64,000 bases of DNA from Chlorokybus atmophyticus (taxonomy: Eukaryota; Plantae; Mesostigma and Chlorokybus algae). Below are positions 12,020-24,147 of the stretch, piece after piece. Each line of letters begins with the position of its first letter. The stretch's first letter is position 1. The position numbers and the translations under genes are program-made. The notes beneath the pieces were generated by a model that was not told where the DNA came from, searched no databases, and was given only the letters and a program-made list of their open reading frames with translations. Location of the stretch: contig RHPI01003079.1 in NCBI GenBank assembly GCA_009103225.1, positions 201,163 through 265,162 on the forward strand, in the 5' to 3' direction.

Positions 12020-12458
12020 TGGCTTGTTGACTGTGTGCTCTACAGCACAGCACGTACCCCAAGGAGGACACCGCCTCCGCATGTCCGTGTGACTCAGCGA
12101 AAGCGGAGCAGCTGCACCAAGCATTCCTTGCCACACGAGCTGGGTTATCTTTTACTTTTGCTACATATTATAATGTGTTGCAGCGACAGGGCTAGCAAGC
12201 ATGTCTCCTGTAGCGGCCCGAAACAGTGTGACCCTCGACTCTCCTCGACCCGACAGCTGTCATGCCTACTGCCCACGCATACCAGCCTTCATCGAGCATG
12301 TCTACATCGAAACCATCGCCCGGCCTACCAGCATACCGACGCGCGCGCGTCACTGACCAGTAGCTAGGTCATGACTCCAGAGTAGCTCACGACCATAGCC
12401 TACATAGGCACCGCGCGTAGCTGTTCGTTGTGAGTTTAGTTATAAGTTGTGTTATATA
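12020..12458 (+). repeat. 3' LTR of Gypsy-A (5' part), cut by the large DNA transposon; probably continues at 39972-~40340
   Basis: Follows the PPT CAGGGGGGG (12011-12019); a related copy lies at 40358-40600. Continuation after 39971 is inferred only from the ATA TSD. Confidence 0.6.
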
Positions 12459-12491
12459 CACACGGCTTAACGTTGAAGGACCATGCATGGT
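12459..12491 (+). repeat. Left terminal inverted repeat
   Basis: CACACGGCTTAACGTTGAAGGACCATGCATGGT, preceded by ATA (12456-12458). Confidence 0.85.
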
Positions 12492-12749
12492 GCATTCACG
12501 GACCCCGCGGACCATGCAGGATCCGTACCCCACGGGCCAGGACTGCCTGGTCCGCGGGGGACGGACCGTTCCTGGTCCATTTGGGGCCCCGCGGCCCGTG
12601 CATGGCTGGCGCGGCGACATGGTCCGTGCCGCACCATCCATGGTGCGGCACGGACCAGCAATGTATGCTGGCCCTTGAATGCGGACCAGGTGCGGTCCCG
12701 CAGTCCTGTGGCCCTACTAGCACGCACCGTACATAGTGCCGTACGGTCC
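12478..12749. repeat. Left subterminal GGWCC motif array
   Basis: 11 GGACC/GGTCC sites counted in ~270 bp. Confidence 0.8.
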
Positions 12750-12862
12750 GCGCCGCACTATGTACGGTGCAGCACAAACCCGTGACCGCGGCCCTGCCGC
12801 TATCATGAGTAGGTAGCAACAACCTACGTAAGGTACAATAGATTGCCTAAATGATTGCACAA

Positions 12863-12906
12863 GTGCACTTAACAGTCGGATCGCCCGACGGGTTCTCATC
12901 AAGCAA
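12863..12906 (+). repeat. Inner inverted repeat, left copy (partner 38501-38556)
   Basis: Perfect 20-bp core TTAACAGTCGGATCGCCCGA, plus flanking GTGCAC and TCATCAAGCAA, all inverted in the right arm. Confidence 0.8.
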
Positions 12907-13352
12907 AATGGGCCTGCAAGGTCCCCCGCGACTCGCTGTGTGTCAGCGTGAGTCGAGCTGGGACGCGGTGGCTGTGGCTTGTCTTGTCCGCTGGGATGTG
13001 CCGGTCATGTGCTCGTTATGTCATTATGCTGCGACGCGGATGTGACGAGCCGGTCGCATTGCGTGTCGGAGCTCTTCGGGGTCGGTCTGCGCTGACATTC
13101 CGTGCCGCTGGCTCTTTGGGAGTGCGACGTGCGGTGACATTCCGCGTTTCGCCGCGCTCGGTTAGCATACTATGTCGCGATGAGTCGGTTAGTGTTCACG
13201 GGGACCGTTGTGAACTAAGCGCCAGATTCAAATCGTTTGAAAACGTTTCGGTTGCTCTCCATGTTGAATGGAGTGTTGTTCGTGGGGGGCGGTGGCGGCG
13301 GTGGCGGCGGCGGCGGCGGCGGCGGCGGGTTCTGGGTTGTGGGTCCAGAGAC

Positions 13353-16318
13353 ATGTCCACGACGCCTAGTGTTTGGTCCAACCGCCCAGAAGTGGGTGGT
13401 TGTGTGTCACCTGATGGCACTCAGCATGACGACCTGCACAGGCAGAGGGGCGATGGTGATGCAGTGGGTGGAGGTGATGAGCGGGAGCAAGAGCATACCT
13501 CGCCGCCGCCAGGGGGGACTGCTCGCAAGCGCAAGGAGCCTGGTGAAAGGGTGGAAAGCGAAAGGGCCGAGGGGAAGAAGAAGTCAGCGAAGTCTGCACG
13601 TGAGAATCAAAAGGCCCAAATCGAGATATTGCGCCGTGACCTCAAGATTGAGGAGGTGCTGGGCGCAGCCAGAGTGTACACTCTAGCTCTCACCAGCGGC
13701 AGGTGCTGGGAGGTGGCGCCGGAGGGTCTGCGTATGCTGCCGGTGAGCAGTCTGGTTGGTAGCATCCATGCGTCAATGTATGGTTGAGACGTTGTGGGGC
13801 TGTGTGCATAAGTGACTGGCCATTGAATGAACGCTGATAGCGTGATGTGGTGGTTAGGGACTGCATCCTGCCAAGTTGGAGGTCTCTGTGTCGGCGGTTG
13901 CGCTGCTGAGCCCTCCTATCGCAGTCGGTGATGGCCGACTCTACCGCCCAACTGCATGCTGCTCGAGGCCCACATGTCAGGGATGTTGCTCATGGTTGGT
14001 GATTTAAACTTAATTCTTGACCCAACGCATGGTGATTGCGGGTAGAGTCAAAGGAGTAGCTGTGCGTGCCTAACTGCGTTGTCGTGTAGTCAGACGCATG
14101 TACGCCAGGCCCCGGTCTTTGATCAGGAGAATCAGTGCTATGTGGACCATGACGGCAACATGTTGCGGCCGACGAGACGCACTTCCAATGTTGGGCTGCA
14201 GCCACCTCGATAGCCCAACATCAACATGTCGCAGTTCGACTTCTGAACGCCGGCGGGCACGATGGGGACAGCCTGGAAGACTTACCCATCTGCGTCGGTG
14301 GGGGGTGCGTCCCTCAACTTTGGATAGTTCATGCGGTTATGTGAGAGCGAACAGAGTCAGAGTAGCCCGTTTGCATGCTGACTTTGGCTTAATCGAGAGA
14401 TGATTGGCAATGCAACAGGGTGGCCATTGCATGACTGCTTGATGCATGTGCGCATTATCTGATGAGGTGTGTCCCGTGTGTTGTAGGGCGTGTTTTAGGA
14501 CGTAGGTCGTGCGGAGGTGTGTGCAAAGCTGCATTGTCTCAGGTTGGTTGCCAGTGTGCATAAGTTCGAAACAGCATTGGGTACTCGGATGTGCGGGAAT
14601 TCTGAGTGTACTGTCCAGTATTGTGTTGTGCTGTGCGTGTGCCTGAGTGTACTGTGCGTGTGCCTGAGTGTACTGTGCATGTGCTGGGGTGTATTGTACT
14701 GTACCATAAGCTATGCTGCTACATATGCTCATGCACAAAAAAATTTAAAGACCGATGTTTTTTGTGCCAGATTCAAGCTGACTTAGCGACGCAAATGGCA
14801 CTGGTTGCTGAGCTGCAAGAGCAGCTGCTGCTGGCGGTGGAGTTGGTCAGTAAACAGTGTGGTCGGGCTGACGCAGCCGAGGAGGAGCTGAGGGTGTTGT
14901 CTGCAGCGAGGACTAAGGAGCGTGCTGAGCGAGCAGGTCATATTCAGCGACTGGAGGCTCGTTCCAGGGATCTGCATGCACAGCGCACGGCTGTGCAGAT
15001 CGGCATAGATGCGGCTGAGGGGAGCATTGTCACGATGTGCTAACAGGTGGAGAAATTAACCCACGAATGTCGCAGCCTACAAGGGAGTCTGGTGTCAGAG
15101 AGGCGCAGCGTTTCGGCATTGCAAGAGCGTGTGTTGGAGCTGGAGTCCTTGTGGGAGAGGTGCGATGCTCGTGCCTCTGAAGCGCAGCGCCTGCGTGCCG
15201 TGGTGGACGTGCAGTATATGGTAGTAGCTGAGGAAGCGCAGCAGTTGCGAGCACGTGCTGAAGTTCTGGAGGCGCGCCTGCGCACCGCTGAAGGCGACAG
15301 CGCTGAACACCAAGCAAATCTCTGGGATAGGCTGCTAGAAACTCAAGACGCCACAGCGCATGCACAGTCGGAGGTAGAGAGGGTTACCGCCCTATTTAGG
15401 GAGGCTGAGAGCGGAGCAGAGCAACTTGGCGAGCTGGTCGATGAGCAGCGGCAGCTGCTCAATGTCAGTCAAGAGTCAGCGCATTAGAGTCACGGGTGCG
15501 GTCATCTGATGCGGCCACAAGTGAGTTGCTGGCGAGGCATACGGCAGACATGCAGCGTGCGTCAGTGGCGAGAGAGCAAGCGCTGGTAGCTCTTTCCAGG
15601 GGGGTGGCCGCTGGTGGAAAAAGACTCCGCGTGCAGCGTGAAGACTTTGGTCAGTTGCTGTCAACAGCGCAGCAGGACCTTCGTGCATCAGTTACGGAGC
15701 TGGAGGCTAAGAGAAAACTGCTGCTGCAGTCACACGAGGCAACGCGTCAGCTGCAAGTGCATGCGCAAGGGTTGGAGGAGGAACTGGCGGAGGGCAAATG
15801 TGCTATGGCAGACCTGCAATTTTGCTGCAGTGATCTGGAGAGCAGGAAGTGTGCCTTGGAGGACGAGTTGGCCACTTGCACAAGGGCGAGGGAGGTCTCA
15901 ATGCGACTGCTGGACGCCGAAGTGTCAGCCAACGCGCAGCTGACGCAGCAGTGCAACGATCTGGATGAGCAGCACAGGTGGAAGGACTCTAAACTTTTGG
16001 AGTGGGGGCAGCGGTGCAGCTGCCTGGAATCTGATATCGAGGAGCTGAAAGAGTGCCTCGCACAACAGGCGCATCATCTTGAGCAGCAGGCTGAAGCATT
16101 GCGCAAGCACACAACCAGCAGCAACTCGGCAGAGCAGCAAGCGCAACGGGGGCAGCACGAGGATCACCTCAGAAGAGTGGCAGCCAGCGCAGGGTCTGGA
16201 CCTGTGCACAAGGCGTTGGTGGCGATAGCCAAGCAGTTGATGTCTCCCGACTGTGTGGTCAACCTCAACGTGATCTGCGAACAGCATGGAGTCAGAGATG
16301 TGCGCCAATTGTACAATG
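13353..16318 (+). pseudogene. Unit 1 gene 1, N-terminal part: basic region + long coiled coil
   Basis: Exon MSTTPS...RKRKE...KKKSAKSARENQKAQIEILRRDL; heptad-rich E/L/Q/A exon at 14770-16318 with two stops. Its end (AIAKQLMSPDCVVNLNVI) aligns with unit 2 (DVASQLLPRGAVVFLTAV). Confidence 0.6.
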
Positions 16319-16743
16319 TGTTGAAGGACTAGCATGCACATGTAGTTGAGACAAGCATAGACACACAGAGACAGAGCTACCGCCACCAGAGCATACACAA
16401 GTCACATCACATTCATCTATTACAAGTTGTCCACTGGTTCTTATACCAGCCAGTTACACACACGTCTACGTTTGCAAGCACTGCGTAAGCTATACTCAGC
16501 CTTTTAACGCGCTCTAAGCTGCGTTGTCTTCCTTACAACCAGAGCTTTCCAACAAGCTCTTACACGTCTAGTATGAGTAAGTATACGTGGAGATACAAAG
16601 CAGTTAGTAAGGCTCCAGTCTGGAGTCCGGAGTCTGGTCCGACGACGCCATCTTGCTAAGTCCGGACCTAGTGCTCGTCCTTACGACCTTCTACTCCGGT
16701 GTGGAGGGTCGATGCTGATTGTATTTAGGAATGACTCTCAACA
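16319..16743 (-). repeat. Copia 3' LTR
   Basis: TGTTGAAGGACTAGC...ACTCTCAACA; 11 differences counted versus 21269-21693 (~97% identity). Confidence 0.97.
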
Positions 16744-16785
16744 CTCCCACGCGAGCAGCTTGACCTCCAACGCTTGCTCCTGTAG

Positions 16786-18260
16786 TCAAACACAGATGCC
16801 AAGTCCTGCGCAACAAGTCTTGAACTTGAGCGGTGACAATGGCTTTGTCATGAAGTCCGCCAGCATGCCCTCAGTGTTGCAGTACTGAAACTCCACCTCC
16901 TTCCCTGTGACTCTGTCACGCACAAAGTGATGCATGACATCAATGTGCTTCGTCCTTGCTGAGGCGATAGGGTGCTTCAACAACTTGATGGCTCCTTGGT
17001 TGTCACAGTTGATGACGATGCACGCCATGGGGTGCTCTAAGTCTGCCATGAGCTTGCGAAGCCAGAGTGCCTCCTTCACTGCTGCTGCCGCTGCCATGTA
17101 CTCAGCCTCTGATGTAGATGCTGCTGTTGTTGGCTGCAGCCTGCTGTTCCAGCTCACCACGCCTCCGTCAGCTTGAAGACGTAGCCTGTATTGGACCTCT
17201 TGCTGTTGAGGTCACCAGCAAAGTCCGAGTCGCAGTAGCCCTCCAACTCAGTGCTCCCGCTCCCAAACTTGATGCCAACTGTTGCGCTCCCAGCAACATA
17301 GCGTAGTACTCCCTTTGCTGCGCTCCAGTGCTCCATGCTCGGTGCAGACATGTAGCGAGCAAGTACTCCCACAGCATGTGCAACATTGGGACGTGTGCAC
17401 ACTGCCAGATAGAGCATGCTGCCTACCAGCTCACCATATGGATACTGAGCCTTGTCGAGTACCTCCTCATCCTTTGCCTTGATGAGGGCAGTGCCAAGTG
17501 CCAACGGTGTGGTCTTGGTCTTCGCTTCAGTGAGCCCGAACTTGGTGACGAGTCTGTTCACTTTCTGCTCCTGACTGATCTTGATTGTGCGTGCAGCCTT
17601 GTCGCGCTCAATCACCATGCCAAGGAACCACTTGGCCTCTCCAAGATCACGAACTGAGAATGCTTGATGTAGAGCAAGTTTCGTCTCCTGCAGGTGGTGC
17701 ACCTGCAGGGCGGTGATGATGATATCATCAACATATACGAGTAGCCAGACCTTGTTGTCTGCATAGATGAAGAGCTCAGGGTCTGCAGAGGACGCGGTGA
17801 GGCCAAGTGCCTCCAGCTCCTTGGTGAGCTTGATGTGCCACATACGCGGTGCCTGTCGCAGCCCGTACAGTGCCTTGATCAGCTTGCACGCTGTGCCTCT
17901 CTCCCCTTCTTCATATCCAGGTGGTTGCTCGATGAAGATCTCCTCCTCCAGCTCTCCGTAGAGGAAGGCAGTCTTCACATCCAGGTGATGCAGCTCTAAG
18001 TCTTCAGCAGCAACCATAGCTAGCAGTGCACGGAAGGTGGTATGCTTACTTGCAGGTGCAAACCCTTCGTTGGAGTCCACACCTTCCTGCTGCAAGAAGC
18101 CCTTTGCCACCAGTCTTGCCTTGTAGCGCTCAACGTTGCCCTGATCATCACGCTTCACCTTGAAGACCCATTTCACTGGAATGGTCTTCATTCCTTACGG
18201 TAACTGCTCCAGTGACCAAGTGTTGTTGGCATGGAGTGACGCAATCTCCTCGTCCATAGC
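16786..18260 (-). pseudogene. Copia reverse transcriptase + RNase H
   Basis: KWVFKVK, RYKARLVAKGF, HLDVKTAFLYG, LYGLRQAPR, LLVYVDDI; frameshifts near 18195 and 17160. Confidence 0.96.
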
Positions 18261-18530
18261 ACGCTGCCATTACTCCGCATCTGGTGCTAACAATGCCTCC
18301 TCGTAGGTGCTTGGCTCCTCATTCTGCACACTGGCAACGAGTGCCTTGTGTAAGAAGTCAGGTGCCTTTCTCTCCCTCACTGGGTATCTCCGAGCTGCGT
18401 GCTTCTGCTGCAGGTGCGGCTCCTTCTGGCCTGCTACAACTGAATCTCGCTCACCCTTGTCATTGATGACTGCCTCGCCCTCAGCCTCCACTGTCTTAGG
18501 ATGCTCCTGTGGCTGTACTTCATCGTCATC

Positions 18531-20456
18531 TCAAGGAAAGAAGCCTGCTTCTGGTTGTGGTAATCCCTCGTGGAAAGCCACCTCTCTGCTCACAATGATC
18601 TTCTGAGTGTCCTCGAGCAAGATCCTGTAAGCCTTGAAACCCGGTTCATAGCCAACGAAGATGCCCTTTTTGTTGACCGGCTCCAGCTTGTGCCTGAGCT
18701 GTTTAGGCACTAGTGCATATGCCGTGCATCCAAGCACACGCATACCACTCACATCTGGTGTGGCTCCATAGAAGTGCTCCCACGGAGTCTTCTGCTCTGA
18801 GCTCACCGGAGACCTGTTGCGGATGTAGTTGGCAGTGAGTACCGCCTCCTTCCACAAACTGTCTTCCATTCTTGTGTCGTTGAGCATGGCTCGAACACGC
18901 TCTAAGAGTGTCCTGTTGAGGCGTTCTGCTGCTCCATTCTGCTGCGGGGTGTAGGGTGCCGTTGTCTCGTGGCGTATGCCCTTGCTGGCGAAGAACTCCT
19001 TCAACTCCTTGTTGATGTACTCCCCTCCTCGATCACTCCTCATTGCCTTCATCTTGTTGCCAAACTGGGTCTCCAACAAGGCCACAACTGTGCGCACAGC
19101 TCTAGCAACTTCTGACTTCAGTGTCAACGGAAAGATGACGGATAGCTTGCTGCAGTCGTCGAGGAATGTAGCAAAGTACCTGACCCCTCCCTTCGCCACA
19201 ATGCGCATAGGGCCACAGACATCCATGTGCACAAGCTCGCAAGGATGCTGACTGCTAGAAGTGTTGAAGGTATTACATGGGTGATGCTTGTATCCGGTCA
19301 GCTTGCCCTTCATACAGGAGTCGAGGGTCGAAGGTACCAGGAAGAAGCGCGTGGACTCCAGACTTAGCAAGACGGTCGAGTCATGACGGACTCCGGACCA
19401 GGCTGCTTGGTAGAGCCTTGGGAGAAATCGCGTAGCTTCGTGGATATGTAAGCTTAGCAAGCGTGGCTTAACTTGTTGGAAAGCTCTGGTTGTGAGCTAG
19501 ACAGCGTAGCTTACAGAACAGCAATCGGCTGAGTATAGCGCACGCGGTGCTTGCCAATGTAGACGTGTGTAGAGACTGGCGGGGTATAAAGCCCAGATTT
19601 GTTGCAATGAAGATAAGAGGTCACGATGTAGCATGTGTGCGGATGCTATGGCAGCAGTAGCAGTCATGCTCTTGTGTTGATGTTGTTGGCGTGTCACTTG
19701 CACGTGTGTATGTCAACAAGAAGAGGATGATGGGAATGGCATAGCATGCTGCTTTGCAACCAGGCATGGTTCACAAAGTGCACCTAATGCATTCTTGAGT
19801 TCTTCTGTGCTGAGATGGATGCCCTTGACCATCTTCTCAGCGACAAGGCGAGTGAGGTTGACGTAGCTGAGATGCCCGAACCTTCGATGCCACAATGTTG
19901 GCGACTCCTTGTCCTTCATCACCATGGCTTGAATGTCAATGTCCTGAGGGTGCTGCTCCACGTGATAGAGCCCTCCCGGATCAGCGATTCCAACCATGTG
20001 CACGACCCCATCAAGGATGACTGTGCAGCCACCCTTCCGAAATAGGATCTCCGCGCCTAAGCGCTCCGCAACCCTCACAGAGAATAGACTCGCAATAGCC
20101 TTAGGGACATGCATAACGTTGCGTAACAACACCTCGCGTAGTGTGTTACCAACCTTGCACTGGAGTCGTACGTTGCCAACTCCCTCGGCCACCAGTACTT
20201 CACCACCAAAGCCCGCCACCTTGATTGTGGACGTCAGCTTCCTGTAGCCCTCCATCACCTCTTGATTTGGTGTGAGATCGCAGCCAGAGTCCACCACCCA
20301 GAAAGCTGTGCCCGCCTTCGAACTGGATGCAGTAAAGGCGACATGTTTCTCCTTGTGTTGGTGCTCGCTGCCGCTGTTGCTGGTGCTTGCTCTACGTTGC
20401 CCCTGTTGTTTCTTCCTACAGTCCTTGACAATGTGCCCCAACCACACCAGTGGCAT
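18531..20456 (-). pseudogene. Copia protease, GAG-pre-integrase and integrase, split by a solo LTR
   Basis: FWVVDSGC, LWHRRFGHLS...CEPCLVAKQ, ELVHMDVCGP, RSDRGGEY, TPQQNGAAERLNRTL. Confidence 0.95.
19262..19718 (+). mobile_element. Solo LTR inserted into the copia integrase region
   Basis: TGTTGAAGGTATTAC...ATGTCAACA with a perfect AGAAG 5-bp TSD. Confidence 0.95.
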
Positions 20457-21139
20457 GTGAGGTCTTTGTGACGAGGATTGCCTGGCTTGTTGCCCTTGTA
20501 CTCCTCTTCATGGTTGCTCTTCTTTGCGTGCTTGCCTGCGTAGAAGGCGACGGCATCCGCTTGCTCGTCCTTCTTCACAACCCTCTGCTCTACGGTGAGC
20601 AGCTTCGGTAGCACATCGTCCAACGTCAACTCCGATGATGACGTCTGCAGCAAGGTTGCGACGACCTCGTGCTCTGCTGGTAGCCCTGCAACAATGGCCA
20701 ACACTACCGCCGTCTCCCCCATGTTGTGGCCGACGTTGATGAGGTCCGCCCACAACGCTCTCGCGCGCGCAGCATACTTTGTGATGGGTTCTGCTGCCTC
20801 CTTCCTGAGTGCGCTCAGCTGCTTGCGTAGCTGCAATTTTCTGGCGTTGTTCTTGGCTTTGAAAACGGCTGATAGCTTTTCCCAAGCTTGTCTACCATCT
20901 TCACATGCAGTGAGCATGGGAAAGTGATGCGGTTTGCTGTTCAACACAAGCAAAGAGTGTGCTTCCGCTGAATGCTCTGACCACACAGTGTTCGCTCCTG
21001 GTGTTGGTGGTGGTGCCTTCGGATCAACGTACTTCCGCACCTTCTTATGGATGAGCAAGGCCTTCATCTCCACGCACCATGTGTTGTAGTTGTCGGTGTC
21101 CAGCTTTGCAATCTGCCCCTTGTCGTAGGTCGCCTCCAT
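20255..21139 (-). pseudogene. Copia gag
   Basis: KLDTDNYNTWCVEMKALL, AWEKLSAVF...RKLQLRKQL; the CCHC knuckle (CHWCG/GHIVKDC) is split by a frameshift. Confidence 0.92.
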
Positions 21140-21256
21140 CTCTGTCGTGCCTGCCTTTTCTTGCAGTTGACACCCAAGGCTCTGCTACTAACAAGCTACC
21201 GTAGTGTAGAACTACTAATGCACACAAGCTAGTCTCACACTCTTCAAGCGTAGTGT

Positions 21257-21268
21257 GGGCCCATAACC
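21257..21268 (-). promoter_or_regulatory. Primer-binding site GGTTATGGGCCC (half-molecule initiator tRNA-Met type)
   Basis: Immediately inside the 5' LTR; matches the internal-tRNAiMet PBS known for Drosophila copia and Volvox Osser. Confidence 0.85.
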
Positions 21269-21693
21269 CGTTGAAGGACTAGCATGCACATGTAGTTGAG
21301 GCAAGCATAGACACACAGAGACAGAGCTACCGCCACCAGAGCATACACAAGTCACATCACATTCATCTATTACAAGTTGTCCGCTGGTTCTTATACCAGC
21401 CAGTTACACACACGTCTACGTTTGCAAGCACTGCGTAAGCTATACTCAGCCTTTTAACGCGCTCTAAGCTGCGTTGTCTTTCTTACAACCAGAGCATTCC
21501 AACAAGCTCTTACACGTCTAGTATGAGTAAGTATACGCGGAGATACAAAGCAGTTAGCAAGGCTCCAGTCTGGAGTCCGGAGTCTGGTCCAACGACGCCA
21601 TCTTGCTAAGTCCGGACCTAGTGCTCGTCCTTACGACCTTCTACTCCTGTGTGGAGGGTCGATGCTGATCGTATGTAGGAATGACTCTCAACA
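21269..21693 (-). repeat. Copia 5' LTR
   Basis: Direct repeat of 16319-16743. Confidence 0.97.
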
Positions 21694-24147
21694 GCGATCA
21701 CGCAGAAAGCCAAGAGTGCAACCCGTGCATACACGAAACGTATGAGGGAAAAGGTTAGTAGTGAGAGTGCCTGCTGATGTGCAAGATATTCATAACGTAA
21801 GCGCTGTACGCAGATTCAGCTGCTCAAAGCTTTGGCAAAGCAAGGAGCCAACGAGTCCGCTTGCACTGCGCAATACTCACCCATACCCTCTGCTCTGTTC
21901 ACCGACGATGGGTTGATGAGAAAGGGCAACAAGTCGGCATTCTTGGCAGCACTTGTGCGTGCAGCTGAAGGTGCTGAGCGCCGCAGCTTCCCCCCTGGCG
22001 GCGAGTGCCTGATCTTGGAGGTGCATGTTCTTGATCAACAAGAACCCTCTCCCTCATGTCGGCACTATACGTGAATATCTGGACCAGTTGCTCAAGACCT
22101 GCATCGTCCCTCGTCTACATAACCCGACACTACAGGCCCTGCATGTTGTCTTTGACGATCCTAAGCATTCCACAGCAGTCAAGGCTGCATTGCAGGCGAC
22201 CCGAGATGCAGGCTGTCAGAGGAGCAGCACAACTCTGGAACTCACCTCAGAAGTGCCAAAGGCATGGCGAAATCTGCTTGCTGATCGCAACCTGAAGCGG
22301 CGGCTATGCCACCTCTTTACTGCAGCCATCCCAGCGATGGCCGTCCCTCACATGCGTGAGGGACAAGAGGTCATCATTGCGGATGGTTCAGACACTGAGC
22401 CATGGGCGCATGCTGCGCGCAGAGTCCGCAGCGTGGATGGAAAGGCAGTCTACGACACTATGGACACATACAGATGCAACCATGCCGAGGCCGACTCAAG
22501 AGTGTGGTACCATGCCAAGACGTGTGAGCAGAAGACACTCCTGATCTACTCACCCGACACGGATGTGTCGATCATAGGGCTGGCAGCTCTCGAGATGTGG
22601 GGCGAGGGTGACAAACAAGTGCATGTGCAGCTCAGCAGCAACGGGAGTGCCTCAACCAGAGCGCCCTTCATCAGCCTCAACGTGGTGTATCGTCACATGC
22701 AGAACATGGCACATGTACGTTACACAGCAAGAAACCAAGTGGCGCTGCAAGTCCTCATATTTTACGCGGTCACCGGGTGTGATTACACCAGCTACACAAG
22801 CGGCATTACCAAATTGTTCTACTGGCAACATGCCATGGGGAGGCAGCCAGAGTTCATATCGCCCGGTGGGCAACTCACTCGAGACAAAATGGTGCCCATG
22901 TTGCTGCGCTTGATTGGGTGCGCCTACTTTCACAAACACAAATCATCCTTCAGTCCCACCACATCTGCATCAGCTCTGTTCTACGACCTGAACGGTACGC
23001 GCGCATGCAAGGATGACACGCCAGCGCTGGAGGCATGGCTCGCCCTCATCAGGAGCAGTGCCTGGCCACACACGTGGGTCAACCTTGAGGACATGGCGTC
23101 TACTCAAGCGCTCACTTACCATTGCCAACGTAGCTTACGTTGGCAATGGTACGCCTGTGGGTTGTCGACATGTGGCTTCAGTGTTGCAGATCAGAAATGC
23201 AGCTGCCCAACCTTGCAGACAACGGTTTTGACGTGGTAGACGGCGTTGCTCACGCCATCATGGACACCGCTGAGAACATGGCCGCTGCCAAGAGTCGCAC
23301 CAACCAGCTGCTGCACGGATGCAGCTGCAAGAAGAATCAGTGCACCACCAAGATATGCAAATGCCGCAAGGAAGGCCAGCGCTGTTGCAGCAGGTGCTCA
23401 TGCATAGGATGCACCAATTCAGCGGGCGGTCAGCCCACTCAAACACAACATCATGGTGCAGCACAGACGGGCGCAGATGCACACAACAATCAGGCAGACG
23501 ACCCTAGGTATGACTTACCAGCCAGCTCTGAATCTGACGACAGCGATGACGATGCCGACTGTAGTAACTCGGAGGATGATCTGACGGATGCATGTTGAAG
23601 GTATTACATGGGTGATGCTTGTATCCGGTCAGCTTGCCCTTCATACAGGAGTCGAGGGTCGAAGGTACCAGGAAGAAGCGCGTGGACTTCAGACTTAGCA
23701 AGACGGTCGAGTCATGACGGAGCAGGCTGCTTGGTAGATCCTTGGGAGAAATCGCGTAGCTTCGTGGATACGTAAGCTTAGCAGGCGTGGCTTAGCTTGT
23801 TGGAAAGCTCTGGTTGTGAGCTAGACAGCGTGGCTTACAGAACAGCAATCGGCTGAGTATAGCGCACGCGGTGCTTGCCAATGTAGACGTGTGTAGAGAC
23901 TGGAGGGGTATAAAGCCCAGACTTGTTGCAATGAAGATGAGAGGTCACGATGTAGCATGTGTGCGGATGCTATGGCGGCAGTAGTAGTCATGCTCTTGTG
24001 TTAATGTTGTTGGCGTGTCGCTTGCACGTGTGTATGTCAACAATGCATGCTCTGACAAGGAAGGCGATGAGGCCAACATTGTGGACGACAACAATATGGC
24101 TGATTGGTTGGACATAATCGAAGACTTGACTGTTCCTGAGGAGTAAA
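21694..24147 (+). pseudogene. Unit 1 gene 1, C-terminal part: XPG/FEN1-like nuclease + Cys-rich CXC-like finger + acidic tail
   Basis: LHVVFDDP, CNHAEADSRVWYHA, IYSPDTDVSIIG, AVTGCDYTS; HGCSCKKNQCTTKICKCRKEGQRCCSRCSCIGCTN. The tail continues past the solo LTR to TAA at 24145-24147. Confidence 0.85.
23593..24042 (+). mobile_element. Solo LTR, same family as 19262-19718
   Basis: Near-identical to 19262-19718; perfect ATGCA 5-bp TSD. Confidence 0.95.

Larger units (their letters stand above)
1532..12458 (+). mobile_element. Degenerate Ty3/gypsy LTR retrotransposon with DNMT and PHD domains (Gypsy-A), interrupted by nested insertions
   Basis: Collinear protease remnant, DNMT, RT, RNase H, integrase and PHD, then G-rich PPT and LTR. 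RT-RH-IN order is gypsy-type. The 5' part lies beyond the copia at the window start. Confidence 0.9.
16319..21693 (-). mobile_element. Full-length Ty1/copia element (same RT family as bases 1-831), no matching TSD
   Basis: Two 425-bp LTRs, PBS, gag, protease, integrase, RT and RNase H in copia order, and PPT (CTCCCACGCG at 16744). Flanks CAATG and GCGAT differ. Confidence 0.97.

Noticed and set aside
12470-12482. CGTTGAAGGAC read as the start of another copia LTR (same 11-mer at 21269)
   Set aside because: Similarity to the LTR stops after 11 bp, whereas the sequence matches the right-hand TIR over 33 bp with a TSD.
14770-16318. Host SMC/myosin/kinesin gene
   Set aside because: Only generic coiled coil with no ATPase or motor motifs; collinear with the N-terminus of the unit 2 transposon protein.
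21830-23598. Host FEN1/XPG repair gene or tesmin/TSO1 gene
   Set aside because: Occurs twice inside a TIR element, is fused to a transposase-like region in unit 2, and is pseudogenised.
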